Source: an uncultured virus (IMG/VR IMGVR_UViG_3300022927_001927) (Duplodnaviria > Heunggongvirae > Uroviricota > Caudoviricetes). From it: DNA of 59,963 bases. Numbering within the stretch: position 1 is the first letter of the stretch; each line of letters opens with the position of its first letter. The notes below the pieces were generated by a model. It had not been told where the DNA came from. It made no database searches and saw only the letters and a list, made by a program, of their open reading frames with translations. A program made the translations under genes and the position numbers. The stretch lies in the IMG/VR virus record IMGVR_UViG_3300022927_001927; one strand, given 5' to 3'. Below, in pieces: positions 8,786 to 18,523 of the stretch.

Positions 8786-10663
8786 ATGGGAGTGAGTATA
8801 GAAAAGAGATATCAGAAACTTACGGATACGGAACACGTACTCCTTAGGCCTGGTATGTATATAGGTTCAGTCAAACCACATACCGAGGAAGTATATCTTT
8901 TGGACCGCAAGAGTTGGAAACTTACACCAAAAGAAATTACTTATAATCCAGGTTTCTTAAAACTGTTTGATGAAATTGTATCAAACTCTGTTGATGAACA
9001 TAAAAGAAATCCTAATCTTAATCAGATAAAGGTAACGGTAGATTTAGATTCTAATCGCATATCCATTTGGGATAATGGAGGTATACCTGTAGAAATTCAT
9101 AAAGAGTATAATGAATGGGTACCTGAAATGATTTTTAGTAACCTTAAGACTGGAAGTAATTTTGATGATACCGAACAGAGAACAGTCGTAGGTACAAATG
9201 GTGTAGGTAGTACTCTTACTAACATTTTTAGTAAAGAGTTTAAAATTGATACTTGTGATGGTAAGAAAAGATTTATTCAAGTCTTTTCAGATAACATGGC
9301 AAAGAAAACTAAACCTGATGTTAAATCACAAAGAAAGGGCTTTACTGAAATATCTTATGTAGCAGACTTTGAAAGGTTTGGTATGAAAAAGATTGATAAA
9401 CCTTCTCTCCAAATGATTGAAAAAAGGTTATATGATATTGCTGCATGTAATCCTAAGCTAAAGATATGGTTAAATGATGAGGTTATTTCCTTTAAGTCAT
9501 TTAAAGAATATTCTGAACTTTACACTACTCCAGTTTTTTATGAACAATCAGAAAATTGGCAAATAGGTATAGGACATAGTGAATCTGGGTTTAAGGCAGT
9601 TTCCTTTGTTAACTCAGTTGAAACTAAAGATGGTGGTACACACGTAAATAACATAGTTTGGCAAATCACCCAGTATCTTAGGGAAAAGATTAAGAGAAAA
9701 TACCGGGTTGATGTTAAACCATCAGAACTTAAAAATCACTTATATCTTTTTATCAATTGTACTGTAATTAATCCAGCATTCTCGTCGCAGACTAAAGAAA
9801 AGTTAATTACTGAACCTAAAGATTTTGGATCTATACATGAACTTTCAGAAAGGACTCTAAGGCAAGTTCTTAACTCCGAAATAATTCAATCCGTTTTGGA
9901 TTGGATTGAAAGAAAGAAAGCCGCTGAGGAAAGAGCCAAACTTAGAAAACTAAATAAAGGATTAGATAAAAAGAAGGTCGTAAAACTTATTGATGCTAAG
10001 AAAAGCGGGGATCGTAGTAATTGTACTTTGGCAATATTTGAGGGTGATTCTGCATCTTCTGCTTTTAGGCAATATCGTAACCCTACTATGCAAGGCGCAT
10101 TTCCACTTAGAGGTAAGTTTGTTAATGTAAGAGAATCTACAGCTTCAAAGGTTGTACAAAATAAAGAAGTACAATCTCTGATGGCAGCCTTAGGTTTAAA
10201 GATAGGGCATGAACCAGAAGATTTAAGATACGGTAAGATCTTATTGTATACCGATGCTGATGTTGATGGTAATTCAATTTCTGCTTTGTTAATAAACTTC
10301 TTAGGTAAGTATTGGCCTGAACTATTTGAACAAGGTAGAGTACTTAAAGTAGAGACACCTCTTATGGTTGCCAAGAAAGGTAACCAAACCTTAAGCTTTT
10401 ATTCTGATGAAGAGTATAAGCAATGGGAATCAAAACAAAGGTCGCTATCTTCATGGAATATTGAATATAAGAAAGGTCTTGCTGCATTGGAAAATGAAGA
10501 GTATCAGGAAATAATAAGTAATCCTAAAACCTTTACGTTAACTAAAGATAATAATTTTGAACATACCTTGAATGTTTGGTTTTCAAAAGATTCTGAACCA
10601 AGAAAGAAAAAGATCTTAGGAGAAGAACTTGAAGTCAAACCAAAAGGTAAATCATTGTTTTAA
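8786..10663 (+). CDS. Type IIA DNA topoisomerase, ATPase+TOPRIM subunit (T4 gp39+gp60-like)
   Basis: EHVLLRPGMYIGS, EIVSNSVDE, GTNGVG, EGDSA, PLRGK, TDADVDG, YKKGL. Confidence 0.97.
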   Translation: MGVSIEKRYQKLTDTEHVLLRPGMYIGSVKPHTEEVYLLDRKSWKLTPKEITYNPGFLKLFDEIVSNSVDEHKRNPNLNQIKVTVDLDSNRISIWDNGGIPVEIHKEYNEWVPEMIFSNLKTGSNFDDTEQRTVVGTNGVGSTLTNIFSKEFKIDTCDGKKRFIQVFSDNMAKKTKPDVKSQRKGFTEISYVADFERFGMKKIDKPSLQMIEKRLYDIAACNPKLKIWLNDEVISFKSFKEYSELYTTPVFYEQSENWQIGIGHSESGFKAVSFVNSVETKDGGTHVNNIVWQITQYLREKIKRKYRVDVKPSELKNHLYLFINCTVINPAFSSQTKEKLITEPKDFGSIHELSERTLRQVLNSEIIQSVLDWIERKKAAEERAKLRKLNKGLDKKKVVKLIDAKKSGDRSNCTLAIFEGDSASSAFRQYRNPTMQGAFPLRGKFVNVRESTASKVVQNKEVQSLMAALGLKIGHEPEDLRYGKILLYTDADVDGNSISALLINFLGKYWPELFEQGRVLKVETPLMVAKKGNQTLSFYSDEEYKQWESKQRSLSSWNIEYKKGLAALENEEYQEIISNPKTFTLTKDNNFEHTLNVWFSKDSEPRKKKILGEELEVKPKGKSLF

Positions 10664-10664
10664 T

Positions 10665-12008
10665 ATGAATAGAAGAACAGTAACAGATTTTTTTGATAAA
10701 GAGTATCTAGAATATGCTAAGTATGTTGTAGAAAACCGGGCAATTCCAAGTTGCATTGATGGGTTAAAACCTACGCAAAGAAAGGTTGTCCACATTGCAA
10801 ATAAAATATGGAAAAGTGGAAATGAAAAACCAATGAAGCTTTTCCAACTTGCTGGTAGAGTAGCAGCTGAAGCATATTATCATCACGGTAATACTTCATT
10901 AGAATCTGCGATGGTTGGTATGGCACAAGAGTTTAAAAATTCTTTACCTTTATTGGAAGGTATTGGTCAATTTGGATCTTTAAGATCTCCTTCTGCTGGT
11001 GCACCACGATATATCAGTGGTAAACTTCATCCTAACTTTAGACTTCTCTATAAGGATTTTGAATTATTAGAAAACAAGATTGAAGAAGGTGAGAAAATTG
11101 AACCTGAGTATTTCCTACCTATCATACCTACAGTTATCTTAAACGGTTCTTCTGGAATTGCTGTAGGGTTTGCAACTAATATATTAAACCGAAATCCTAA
11201 GGATGTTACTGATGCATGTATCGCTGTACTAAAAGGCAAAAGACTACCTGGACTTCCACCTTGGTTAAAGGAGTTCTCAGGCACTTTTACTAGAGATACG
11301 ATTAATCCTAAAACATGGAAAATAAGTGGTGTACATGAGGTGCTAAACTCTACAACGGTTAAGGTATCTGAAATACCCCCAGGATTTACTTATGAAAGGT
11401 ATGAAGAACATTTAAATAGTCTAATTGAAAAAAGAATCATTACAAGCTATGATGATAATTCTTCAGGTAAAGTAGAATATGTAATTAAATTCCAAAGAGC
11501 AATCCTTAAGGAATACATAACTAAAGATAAACTTGAGGGTTTACTAAAACTCAATACTCAAGAAACTGAAAACCTTACCACTATAGATGAAACCGGTAAA
11601 TTAAAAATCTTTAATAAGGTAGAAGAAATTGTTAAACATTTTGTAGAAGTAAGGTTAGCATGGTATGATAAAAGAAAGGCTTATTTAATTGCAAAATTAG
11701 AAAGAGAATTACTTATCATTTCCAATAAGGCAAGATTCATTAAAGATATCATTGATAGTAAACTTAAAGTAAATAATGTACCAAAAAAGGATATTATCCT
11801 TTATTTAGAAACTGCTAATTACGATGAGGTGGATGGTTCATATAATTATCTTTTAAATATGCCTATCTATTCATTAACCAAAGAAAGGTTTAATGAATTG
11901 TTAAATCAAGAAGCAGATAAGAAAAAGGAAAAGAAAGTTATTGAAGGTATCGATCCTAAAGATATGTATCTCTCTGATTTAGAAGCATTAAAGAAAGCAA
12001 TTAAGTAA
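10665..12008 (+). CDS. Type IIA DNA topoisomerase, breakage-reunion subunit (T4 gp52-like)
   Basis: RAIPSCIDGLKPTQRK, YHHG, APRY active Tyr, NGSSGIAVGFAT. Confidence 0.97.
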   Translation: MNRRTVTDFFDKEYLEYAKYVVENRAIPSCIDGLKPTQRKVVHIANKIWKSGNEKPMKLFQLAGRVAAEAYYHHGNTSLESAMVGMAQEFKNSLPLLEGIGQFGSLRSPSAGAPRYISGKLHPNFRLLYKDFELLENKIEEGEKIEPEYFLPIIPTVILNGSSGIAVGFATNILNRNPKDVTDACIAVLKGKRLPGLPPWLKEFSGTFTRDTINPKTWKISGVHEVLNSTTVKVSEIPPGFTYERYEEHLNSLIEKRIITSYDDNSSGKVEYVIKFQRAILKEYITKDKLEGLLKLNTQETENLTTIDETGKLKIFNKVEEIVKHFVEVRLAWYDKRKAYLIAKLERELLIISNKARFIKDIIDSKLKVNNVPKKDIILYLETANYDEVDGSYNYLLNMPIYSLTKERFNELLNQEADKKKEKKVIEGIDPKDMYLSDLEALKKAIK

Positions 12009-12032
12009 ACCTTTTAATAAAAAGCAATATAA
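12006..12032 (+). promoter_or_regulatory. Class B promoter
   Basis: TAAAC-N17-TATAA. Confidence 0.7.
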
Positions 12033-12197
12033 AAATAAATACTATCATGCCTAAATTTAGTTTTGAAACAAAGATGGGAGTAAAGTTAACCACATGTATT
12101 TCTGAGTCTATAGAAAATGCATGGGAGTGGATAGCGAAAACTAAACAGCTTACTTTAGATCAAGTAAAAGAATTGTATAACATAAAAAAAATAAATA

Positions 12198-12425
12198 ATG
12201 ATGATTGAACAAACATCCTCAGTTGACTCTTCAATGATTAATAGAGTCATTTACAATTTTCCTAATAAGACTCTTAAGATTGAGTTTAATTCAGGTGCTC
12301 TATATGAATATAATAATGTAGAACCTGATGTATATGATCAACTCTGTAAAGCAGAGTCTCAAGGAAAATTCTTTAACGAGCAAATTAAACATAACTACGA
12401 ACATACACAACTCTTAATTAACTAA
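12198..12425 (+). CDS. KTSC domain protein
   Basis: VDSSMI...Y....L.IEF.SG..YEY..V....Y..L..AESQGKFFN..IK. Confidence 0.9.
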   Translation: MMIEQTSSVDSSMINRVIYNFPNKTLKIEFNSGALYEYNNVEPDVYDQLCKAESQGKFFNEQIKHNYEHTQLLIN

Positions 12426-12429
12426 ATTT

Positions 12430-12672
12430 ATGGCAACAACAGCAAACGTAATCTATGATGCACTCAAAGCTCAATTTGAGGCACAGAAACAAAAAGCAAT
12501 CGCAACCTTAACTGTATATCTTTCTAGCCCAGTTGGAATTGGGGAACATCCACAAATCATTGATGAGATGGAGAAATTAACTAGAAACATTGCAGATGCC
12601 GAAGGCTGTCTAGAAATTCTTGCAAAAACTTTTGAAGTGAAAGGAGAAAATGGCAATGTGGACGCAGAGTAA
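12430..12672 (+). CDS. Conserved phage hypothetical protein
   Basis: PVGIGEHP motif recalled from marine phages. Confidence 0.7.
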   Translation: MATTANVIYDALKAQFEAQKQKAIATLTVYLSSPVGIGEHPQIIDEMEKLTRNIADAEGCLEILAKTFEVKGENGNVDAE

Positions 12673-12716
12673 TAGTTGGTCAGACGATTTAATCATTAAT
12701 TACATTTACATAGAGA

Positions 12717-13196
12717 ATGAATAAAGTAATTTTAGTTGGCAAGGCAGCCGCAGGTAAAGATCATATGAGAAAGATTTTATGTGGTCGTGGTTTTGAGTAT
12801 GGTATATCTTATACAACAAGACCTCCTAGAGAAGGCGAATTTGATGGCAAAGATTACTTCTTTCTTAGCGAAGGTGAATTTAAGAAAAAGATTAAGGAAG
12901 AGTATTGGTACGAATGGATAGAATTCAACGGTTGGTATTATGGTACAAGTCATAGACAGTTTACACATTCATGTAACCTATTCATAATGACACCTAAAGG
13001 TATAAGTCATATTGATCCAGTGGACCGTAAAGAATGTACTATCATATATCTTAACATTCCTCAAGAAGTTCGAAGAAAGCGATTGGAGGAAAGGAATATG
13101 CCAGGAGATTCAATTGAACGTAGAATGGAAGCTGATGAATTAGACTTTGCTGATTTTACGGATTTTGATATTGAAATAAACAATGATAACTTTTAA
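12717..13196 (+). CDS. gmk: Guanylate kinase-like protein
   Basis: GKAAAGKD P-loop, SYTTRPPREGE.DGKDYFF, WYYGT. Confidence 0.9.
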   Translation: MNKVILVGKAAAGKDHMRKILCGRGFEYGISYTTRPPREGEFDGKDYFFLSEGEFKKKIKEEYWYEWIEFNGWYYGTSHRQFTHSCNLFIMTPKGISHIDPVDRKECTIIYLNIPQEVRRKRLEERNMPGDSIERRMEADELDFADFTDFDIEINNDNF

Positions 13197-13203
13197 CATA
13201 TAA
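13177..13203 (+). promoter_or_regulatory. Class B promoter
   Basis: TAAAC-N17-TATAA upstream of the kinase / dCMP-modifying enzyme genes. Confidence 0.65.
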
Positions 13204-13210
13204 AAATAAA

Positions 13211-13810
13211 ATGAGTAAATTCATCATCATAGAAGGTACCGATAACACAGGTAAAGATACACAACAGAATCTTATTATAGAAAAACTAAACAATTTAATC
13301 TTTCATAAGGTTCATTATTCATCTCTTCCATTTAAAAATGACGTAGATAAACATACATCATATTCAAAACAGATGTACACTGATATGTTTAGAATGATGA
13401 ATGAATGTAAAGATAAGGATATTAACATTATCTTTAATCGTTCTCATTTAGGTGAATCTGTTTACTCTCCACTTTACCGAGGTTACTCTGGAGATTATGT
13501 ATTTGATATTGAAAAAGAATATGTAAATAAGTTAAGAGAAAATCTTTATCTTATTACACTTACTAATGATCCTCAAATCATTATGAGTAGAGATGACGGT
13601 AAATCATTTTATGGTAATGAAGAAGAGGTTAAAGCCGAGGTTGATGGATTTAATAGAGCCCACCGCCTAAGCAAGATTAAGAATAAGTTATTAATAAACA
13701 TTGGCACCATGAGTGCTGAGGATGTATCAAAAATTATTATTGATTTTCTTAGTCATGAAAATACTATCACTGGCGATCCACGCCAATTAGAACTGTTTGA
13801 AAATGTCTAA
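13211..13810 (+). CDS. Thymidylate-kinase-like dNMP kinase
   Basis: IIIEGTDNTGKDT P-loop; FNRSHLGESVY (DR-like motif). Confidence 0.8.
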   Translation: MSKFIIIEGTDNTGKDTQQNLIIEKLNNLIFHKVHYSSLPFKNDVDKHTSYSKQMYTDMFRMMNECKDKDINIIFNRSHLGESVYSPLYRGYSGDYVFDIEKEYVNKLRENLYLITLTNDPQIIMSRDDGKSFYGNEEEVKAEVDGFNRAHRLSKIKNKLLINIGTMSAEDVSKIIIDFLSHENTITGDPRQLELFENV

Positions 13811-13991
13811 GTGGAGAGAAGACCGTATGTATGAAGTAATGGGTCACCTTAATAATGATCCAGAACTTAAAGCTATATACGAAAAGGAGATAAAAAAATC
13901 TAATACAAAGTATCCAAGATCCGAGTTTTTTACTCGTATGGAAAAATGTTATGAAAAAGCTATAAAGAAACATGAGAATATACAAAGGTGA
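13803..13991 (+). CDS. Small hypothetical protein
   Basis: Overlaps both neighbours. Confidence 0.55.
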   Translation: MSKWREDRMYEVMGHLNNDPELKAIYEKEIKKSNTKYPRSEFFTRMEKCYEKAIKKHENIQR

Positions 13992-14874
13992 AACGTTTGC
14001 TGAGGCATATGAATTGGCATTAAATAGTGTTATTCATAACCCAGAATATACCTCATCACCAAGAGGTATGAAAATTTTTGAAGTTACCGATGCTGCATTG
14101 GTTATCGAGGATCCTACATTTTGTCTATACGAGAATGACCGTAGGAGTAGTCAATTTAAATATATTGCAGCTGAGTTGGTTTGGTATTTTACAGGTCGCA
14201 AGGATGCTAACTTTATTACTCCTTATGCTAAGTTTTGGAATCAAATAGCAAACAAAGATGGCTCGGTTAACTCTGCTTATGGTAATCTTATCTTTTCTGA
14301 AAGTAATGAACATTACTATAATCAATATCAATGGGCATTAGAGTCTCTTATTAAAGATAAAGATAGTCGCCAGGCAATTTTACATTTTAATAAACCTTCG
14401 CATCAATGGAATGGTAATAAAGATTTTGTTTGTACTCTTAATGGAATATTTCAAATAAGAGATAATAAACTTAACTTTACTATTGATATGAGGTCTAATG
14501 ATCTTATCTTAGGTACTCCTACTGATGTAGCATTCTTCTGTTTGCTCCAAACGCAAATGTTAGAACATTTAAGAAAGTATTATCCTGAATTAGAGTTAGG
14601 TACATATACTCATATTGCCCATTCACTTCATTTATATGAAAGGCACTTTGATCTTGTAAGTGAAATGTTAATGAAATCATTTAATCCAACATCATTTCCA
14701 GAAATGAGAGAATTCCTAATTGATCCACAAGGCCAAGCATTATCAGGAATTAAAGAAATAGAAGATGAAATGATTCAATGTAACGATGTAATTAATACAA
14801 GTGAGTTTACTCCTACCCCTAAAGATGATCTTTTACACCAATGGATAAGTGATGCAATTTTCCTGGATATATAA
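13972..14874 (+). CDS. Thymidylate-synthase-superfamily enzyme, dCMP hydroxymethylase-like (T4 gp42-like)
   Basis: VNSAYG, SRQA, DFVCT, MRSND..LG.PTD (Asp at the specificity position), SLHLYERHF. Confidence 0.8.
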   Translation: MRIYKGETFAEAYELALNSVIHNPEYTSSPRGMKIFEVTDAALVIEDPTFCLYENDRRSSQFKYIAAELVWYFTGRKDANFITPYAKFWNQIANKDGSVNSAYGNLIFSESNEHYYNQYQWALESLIKDKDSRQAILHFNKPSHQWNGNKDFVCTLNGIFQIRDNKLNFTIDMRSNDLILGTPTDVAFFCLLQTQMLEHLRKYYPELELGTYTHIAHSLHLYERHFDLVSEMLMKSFNPTSFPEMREFLIDPQGQALSGIKEIEDEMIQCNDVINTSEFTPTPKDDLLHQWISDAIFLDI

Positions 14875-14885
14875 ACAAATATCCA

Positions 14886-15830
14886 ATGTTCATGAAATAT
14901 CTAAAGTTATTTGAAGAATTTTCTAATGACTCTGCGTTAAAGAAAGTTTATCTTGCTACTCGTAGAGATAGCGGTCAAAGATGGTGGTCTTATAAAGGAT
15001 TTGCTGGTGATAACTTTTTCATTCAAGTTACTGAAAATAACATCGATAAGATTGATATAAATCCTGACTATCCTATTCTTAATTATCATAGTTCTATCAT
15101 AGATCAGCTTTTAAAGGAAAAGAGAATCAAAGAAGAAAATGTTTATAATCAATCTAAACATATTTCAAAATCTGGATCTAAAGAAGAATTTCATAAACTT
15201 GTAGGAGAAGACGAAAACATTCCTAAGACAGTATATTCTAAAAACGATGCATTAGAAAAACTCAATTTCCCAATTATTGCAAAACCCTCTAAGGGACACA
15301 GCGGAATAGGTATTCAGATTATTGATAAACCGGATTTAATGGAAGATGTAGATGAAAAGATTTTTGATACTTTTTCTGAATATGTTGATAAAGCCGAAGA
15401 GCATAGATTTATTAATTTTAAAGGTGAACCTATTTTTTGGATGGAAAGAACACCACTTAATGAAAAGGCTAAAAGTGGTAAGGGCGACGCTAAAGAAGAA
15501 ATGGAGTTTGGATATGCTAAGAGAAATGTAAAAGACATTCCAAAAGACTATAAAAAAGTTTTGGAAAAGTTTTGTAAGATATATGAAGACCTTCCCTATA
15601 TGTGTTTTGATATGATGAAATCAAAAGATGGTAAGGTTTATGTAATTGAATCAAATGCACAACCAGGTGTACCTTTTGATTCTACGGTTGAGGCTTATAA
15701 AAAGATCTATGAGGATTTTTACGGTAAACCTTTAGATAAAGATAGTTTAACTAAATTAGATGAATATGCAAAAACTATGGTTGAAAAAACTCTTAAGAAA
15801 GGCGGAGGCAAAAGATTTTCAATTAAATAG
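14886..15830 (+). CDS. ATP-grasp (RimK-like) protein with CTS-like leader
   Basis: IPKT, FPIIAKPSKGHSGIGI, EYVD...EHR, FDMM...YVIESNAQPG; N-terminus MKYLKLFEEF. Confidence 0.8.
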   Translation: MFMKYLKLFEEFSNDSALKKVYLATRRDSGQRWWSYKGFAGDNFFIQVTENNIDKIDINPDYPILNYHSSIIDQLLKEKRIKEENVYNQSKHISKSGSKEEFHKLVGEDENIPKTVYSKNDALEKLNFPIIAKPSKGHSGIGIQIIDKPDLMEDVDEKIFDTFSEYVDKAEEHRFINFKGEPIFWMERTPLNEKAKSGKGDAKEEMEFGYAKRNVKDIPKDYKKVLEKFCKIYEDLPYMCFDMMKSKDGKVYVIESNAQPGVPFDSTVEAYKKIYEDFYGKPLDKDSLTKLDEYAKTMVEKTLKKGGGKRFSIK

Positions 15831-15849
15831 AAAAAATTTCATCAATAAT

Positions 15850-15880
15850 TTTCAATTCCCAACTTTTTGTATTATATTTG
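15850..15880 (+). promoter_or_regulatory. Class A promoter with exact Bacteroidota -7 box TATATTTG
   Basis: TTTCAATTCCCAAC...TTATATTTG. Confidence 0.75.
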
Positions 15881-15913
15881 TAGTATAACAGTACAAACTG
15901 TAAAGAATAGAAT

Positions 15914-16456
15914 ATGCACAAAACAACAGAATTTCCATCAGACTTTTTCATAACGTCTGATACATGGTTCGGTAGGCCACAGATTTTGCAAATAGCAAAT
16001 CGCATATCATTTAAAGACATAGATGATATGAATAACCAGTTAATTAAAAACTGGAATAAGGTAGTAAAGAAAACTGACATTGTATTCCATCTAGGTAATT
16101 TCGCATGGGATCCTCAAACTGCAAGGCAGGTCCTTAAAAAGCTAAAGGGCGAGATTTACTTTTTACGAGGTAATACTGACCAGGCATTATTAGATGTGGC
16201 CGATGAATTTAGCAATGTAAATATTATAGAGGATCAAATCGCAGAATTTCCACAATACGATTCTGTTATTTGTCACTATCCGTTAGAGGTATGGAATGGT
16301 AAAGATTCAGGTACAATCCACTTTCATGGTCATACGGTATTTTCTCATAAGACAGATTTATCCAAAATGAACCGTGTTAATGTATGTACGGATTTTTGGA
16401 ATTATTCACCTATTAAGTATTCAACGATTAAAGATTTTACAAATGACAAAAACTAA
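15914..16456 (+). CDS. Calcineurin-like metallophosphoesterase fold with degenerate active site
   Basis: SDTWFG, HLGNF, GNTD, CHYP, HFHGH. Confidence 0.8.
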   Translation: MHKTTEFPSDFFITSDTWFGRPQILQIANRISFKDIDDMNNQLIKNWNKVVKKTDIVFHLGNFAWDPQTARQVLKKLKGEIYFLRGNTDQALLDVADEFSNVNIIEDQIAEFPQYDSVICHYPLEVWNGKDSGTIHFHGHTVFSHKTDLSKMNRVNVCTDFWNYSPIKYSTIKDFTNDKN

Positions 16457-17075
16457 AAAGACTTACAAAGAACTGGCATTAGAATTTAAAAAGACAAGAT
16501 CTGAAAAAACTTACAATGAACTTTATCATAAGATGCGCCCGGGGCTCTGGTCTTATGTTAATAATATTGTAAAGGATCCTACTATTGCCGATGACATTGT
16601 TTCTACGACATTAACAACGGTCTATCTAAAAATAGATCAGTATAATGAAGACTATCAAATTACAACATGGGCATATCGTATTGCTTATAATGAATGTATA
16701 GGTTGGATTAGATTTAGAAACAAGAAAGTAAGTATGAATGTATTTACTGATGCTGGCGTTGAACCTCCTATGAATGATTCTTTTACCACAACCGATGGGT
16801 TTTTACCTAAGACTGATAGTGACTGGGAAGAAGAAGAATCTACATTAGATGAACAGGTTAGACTAACGCATGAAGCAATAAATGCATTACCTCCTATGTA
16901 TAAAAGATACATGGTAGAAAGGTTCCTTAATCATAAATCATATTCGGATATCTTAGATATTATGAAAGAGTCTGAAAAAGGAATAAATTTACAAACAGTT
17001 AAGAACCGCATATTTAGAGGAAGGAAAATAGTTAAAAAACAGCTCGAAGGGATGAAACTTTTTTCTGAAGCCTAA
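16443..17075 (+). CDS. RNA polymerase sigma factor (ECF / sigma70 regions 2 and 4)
   Basis: ADDIVS, KIDQYN..YQITTWAYRIAYN; AINALP..Y...SY..I...TVKNRIFRGR. Confidence 0.88.
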   Translation: MTKTKKTYKELALEFKKTRSEKTYNELYHKMRPGLWSYVNNIVKDPTIADDIVSTTLTTVYLKIDQYNEDYQITTWAYRIAYNECIGWIRFRNKKVSMNVFTDAGVEPPMNDSFTTTDGFLPKTDSDWEEEESTLDEQVRLTHEAINALPPMYKRYMVERFLNHKSYSDILDIMKESEKGINLQTVKNRIFRGRKIVKKQLEGMKLFSEA

Positions 17076-17096
17076 ATACATAATAAACAGATAACT

Positions 17097-17549
17097 ATGT
17101 ACGCAAAAAAGCTATTAAGAGAAATTAACATTTGGCGAAAAATAAGAAACATTGCCAAAGAAAAAGAAGAAGAACTAAATAAAAAAGGATTTAGGGTTGA
17201 CTGGGTTGGTAGAATTTACACAGTCATTAATCTACCTGAAGAAGTTGTAACTGCACCAATTTCACAAGAAGGATATGTTTTAATGAAACTAAGAGAGCAT
17301 GATCAATTCTTATTGCAACTGGGTATTGCAGATTATGTATCACCAGAATTTAATAGAATTGAAGGTACCGACTCCTTTTTACTAGTCTTGTCACCAGATA
17401 GAGATCAACTTAGGTTATGGCCTTTTACAAAATCTGTATTTAGGACATCTCTTATTCTTTTAGGTCTAAGATTACTTTATGTTGTAATTTCTAATAACCA
17501 GGAAAAAATTGCTGAGGTATGGAACAAACTGACGAATCTGATATTTTAA
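17097..17549 (+). CDS. Hypothetical protein with C-terminal TM segment
   Basis: ORF with hydrophobic C-terminus. Confidence 0.7.
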   Translation: MYAKKLLREINIWRKIRNIAKEKEEELNKKGFRVDWVGRIYTVINLPEEVVTAPISQEGYVLMKLREHDQFLLQLGIADYVSPEFNRIEGTDSFLLVLSPDRDQLRLWPFTKSVFRTSLILLGLRLLYVVISNNQEKIAEVWNKLTNLIF

Positions 17550-17770
17550 GAAGTCAAATTGACAAAATTGAAAAAGAAGTTAAAGTCCTTGAAAAAGAAA
17601 AAGAGGCAATACAAACTGAGTGTAAACATAAGGGAGAAACTTATGTAGCATTTGATGAAACTAATTCTATGAAAAAATACTGCTCCACTTGTAGAAGGGA
17701 ACTAGGATATCCTTCAAAAGAAGAGCAAGATAAATTCTTAGGCAATACAAAAGAAAATGGCAACAGCTGA
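17519..17770 (+). CDS. Coiled-coil / Zn-ribbon small protein
   Basis: CKH...CSTC. Confidence 0.65.
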   Translation: MEQTDESDILRSQIDKIEKEVKVLEKEKEAIQTECKHKGETYVAFDETNSMKKYCSTCRRELGYPSKEEQDKFLGNTKENGNS

Positions 17771-18506
17771 ATCATTAGCAACAACTGAAACAATAAACGG
17801 TAAAAGATACTACAATGTAGGTGAAGGTAAAAAATACCCATCAGTTACAACAATCTTAGGAGCCATGACTGATAAGTCTGGTTTAGATAAGTGGAGAAAA
17901 AGAGTAGGAGATGAAGAAGCTGATAGAATTTCAAAATTCTCTGCAAACCGAGGTACGGTTATGCATCAACTTAATGAATACTTTTTAGGATCTGAAAAAG
18001 AGAGTACTCGTGAAAGATTACTCGACGCACAAAAACTTATCATTCCTTTTGCCGAAGAAAACGGCTTTACTGAAGAAGAAGTAAATATAGGGCGAAAGCT
18101 TTTCTTTAATTTCTATAACAATGATTGCTTTAACAGGATATCTAAAGTAGTATCTATTGAAGACACTCTATACTCACCTGTAATGGGAGGGTACGCAGGT
18201 AGAGTAGATATTATTTATGAGAATAATAAAGCTCATTTAATCGTCTTAGATTTTAAATCATCTAAGAAACCTAAGAAAGAAGAGTGGATTGAAAACTACA
18301 AATTACAAATTGCTGCATACTCTTTAGCATACTGGGAAATGAACGGTGTAAAACCACAGGGTGGAGAAATTTGGATAAGTAATGAAGCCGATGGGTTTCC
18401 ACAAATATTTGAAATGTCCTTTGAAGACATTACTTTTTATGGAAAGAAGTTTTTAGAAATGGTAAAAGCGTTTCATGAAAAGCATCCATTACCTGAGAAT
18501 ATATAA
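17757..18506 (+). CDS. PD-(D/E)XK exonuclease (Cas4/RecB-like fold)
   Basis: YPSVTTIL, RGT.MH, AGRVD, LDFKSS, YKLQIAAY. Confidence 0.88.
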   Translation: MATAESLATTETINGKRYYNVGEGKKYPSVTTILGAMTDKSGLDKWRKRVGDEEADRISKFSANRGTVMHQLNEYFLGSEKESTRERLLDAQKLIIPFAEENGFTEEEVNIGRKLFFNFYNNDCFNRISKVVSIEDTLYSPVMGGYAGRVDIIYENNKAHLIVLDFKSSKKPKKEEWIENYKLQIAAYSLAYWEMNGVKPQGGEIWISNEADGFPQIFEMSFEDITFYGKKFLEMVKAFHEKHPLPENI

Positions 18507-18523
18507 AAAAAATAAGTTTATCC

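Noticed and set aside
8786..10663. T4 gene 60-type ribosomal bypass, intron or intein in the topoisomerase
   Set aside because: The ORF is continuous with normal length and motif spacing.
17757..18506. Cas4-like nuclease suggesting a CRISPR system
   Set aside because: No repeat-spacer array or other cas genes seen, and no 4-Cys Fe-S pattern; stand-alone phage exonuclease.
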